Below are positions 33,662-34,946 of a DNA stretch of 34,946 nucleotides, piece after piece. The notes beneath the pieces are model-generated. The model was not told where the DNA came from and searched no databases. It saw nothing but the letters and a program-made list of their open reading frames with translations. Position numbers and translations under genes: made by a program. Source of the DNA: a virus (taxonomy: Duplodnaviria; Caudoviricetes); the IMG/VR virus record IMGVR_UViG_3300037760_000125, positions 1 through 34,946 of that record; one strand, 5' to 3'. Each line of letters begins with the position of its first letter. Within the stretch, counting starts at the first letter, position 1.

Positions 33662-34946
33662 CAGGCCGACGATCCCGCGATCGGGACGCCGCTGACCGGA
33701 GTCACGGTGACCGGGACCCGGTAGCGGTGCCCGGGCATCTGGCGGCGGCCGGTCCCGAGCCGGACCTGCGCGTAGGTGACCACACCGTCGCGGTGGCGCA
33801 CCGCGACGTAGGGGATCGTCGTCGCCCGTGTGATCCGCCGCAGCGGCCCGAACACCGCGCGCATGTTGAGCGCCCGCGCCAGGTTGTCGGACGGCTGCCG
33901 CCCGAAGTTGACGACCAGATCGAGCTGCTCGGCCACACCCCGGTCGTTCGGGTCGAAGAACGCGACCTGGTAGTCGGCGCCGTAGATCGGGATCAGTTCG
34001 TCGGTGGCGTGGTCGAGCATCACCAGGTCGACGTCTGGGTCGTGGTCGTAGACGACCTGCAGGCCGGGGTCGAGGTTCGACGTGAACACGACCTCGTTCC
34101 CGCGTGACCGGGCGGTCACCCAGTCGGTGGCGGTCCACGCAGAGAACGCCGTCGACGTCGACAGGACCCGCACCCGGTAGCGGACCGGGCGGTCCATCGG
34201 CATCTCGTAGTCCCACCACACCGACGTCGCCTCGGTCGTGATCGTCCACACCGGTTCCCACCCGGCTGACTCGCCGTCGTCGATCTCCCGCTCGATCTCG
34301 TACCGCGAGAACGACCCCCCGAGCGCGGTGGCCGCCCAGTCGACCTCGATCTGGTCGATCTCGCTCGTCGAGCACCAGCAGCCGTCGCCGTCCTGTTGCT
34401 GGGCACGGACCGTGGCGGTAGCGGTGGCCGGCGCCGCGGGTTGCTCCAGGAGCATGATCGTCAGATCCTGCTCAGTGAGCGACGACCCGGCGCCGATCGT
34501 CCCGAGCCGGGCGAAGTCGGTTGTCCCACCGAACGACTGGCCACCAGCGCCGACAGCGGATGGCACGATCACCCGCCAGTCGCCGGCCGAGACCAACATC
34601 TGGATCTCGTACTGCGTGCCGGTAGCCAACGTCGCGACGCTGCTCAGGAACCCCTCGACGTACTTGGCCAGCGTCCCCGAGATCGCAGGGAGCGCCCGCA
34701 CCTCATCGGCGGTGATCGTGAACGTCCCCCCGAACTGCACCGAGTCCGACACGCGCAGCACCCGCACCGTCAGCGTCCCATCCGCGCTGTCCGGGGGGAT
34801 GACCAGGAACCGCACACCCAGGTAGGAGCGGGGCCCGGTGCTGGTCGTGACCCGCTGCCCGACCTGCTGCGCCGCGGTCAGGTCCCGGAGAACCACAGTG
34901 CTGGAGTCCCGGACGTAGGCGAGGCTGTCGGCCGAGTCGGCCGGCG
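33661..34946 (-). CDS. Minor tail protein with FN3-like domain (5' truncated by window edge)
   Basis: Open frame to the window end; PAAPAT...VDW...YEIER...YRVRV FN3-like pattern. Confidence 0.7.
   Translation of the reverse strand, partial: PADSADSLAYVRDSSTVVLRDLTAAQQVGQRVTTSTGPRSYLGVRFLVIPPDSADGTLTVRVLRVSDSVQFGGTFTITADEVRALPAISGTLAKYVEGFLSSVATLATGTQYEIQMLVSAGDWRVIVPSAVGAGGQSFGGTTDFARLGTIGAGSSLTEQDLTIMLLEQPAAPATATATVRAQQQDGDGCWCSTSEIDQIEVDWAATALGGSFSRYEIEREIDDGESAGWEPVWTITTEATSVWWDYEMPMDRPVRYRVRVLSTSTAFSAWTATDWVTARSRGNEVVFTSNLDPGLQVVYDHDPDVDLVMLDHATDELIPIYGADYQVAFFDPNDRGVAEQLDLVVNFGRQPSDNLARALNMRAVFGPLRRITRATTIPYVAVRHRDGVVTYAQVRLGTGRRQMPGHRYRVPVTVTPVSGVPIAGSSA

Larger units (their letters stand above)
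1..34946. mobile_element. Tailed actinobacterial phage/prophage genome segment
   Basis: Terminase, portal, head protease, tail, endolysin, RecT, RusA and WhiB genes; dense operons with ATGA/GTGA overlaps; no host housekeeping genes. Confidence 0.95.

Noticed and set aside
1-34946. tRNA genes, integrase/att sites, IS elements, introns/inteins
   Set aside because: No cloverleaf/T-loop, recombinase, transposase or intein motifs recognised by eye; not excluded computationally

Overview
High-GC segment of a tailed actinobacterial phage or prophage; no integrase or host genes are seen. Reading the minus strand from right to left: minor tail genes, alpha/beta hydrolase, holin-like genes and an M15 endolysin. 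A plus-strand early operon follows (AbrB-like, RecT-like, wHTH, WhiB, Gam-like, HNH). A divergent non-coding control region separates it from minus-strand replication/modification genes (Rep C-terminal domain, loader-like, PAPS-reductase family, DNA MTase, RusA, UvrD-like helicase), terminase subunits, a ~6.8 kb accessory block, a portal-MuF fusion and a head protease. The standout element lies directly downstream of terL: a stand-alone Cas7/RAMP-like gene (12741-13367), a coupled accessory gene (12319-12744) and a 478-nt non-coding array of GGY-NN pentamers, punctuated by eight GGCA spacers into guide-sized units and closed by a perfect hairpin. This is a candidate non-CRISPR RNA-guided system (VIPR-like). 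Also notable are 11 copies of a GGTAG-N4-CTACC operator/promoter palindrome, many apparently leaderless genes, an AT-rich island inside the portal gene, and a candidate ~470-nt structured ncRNA. All protein calls come from manual motif recognition, not database searches.
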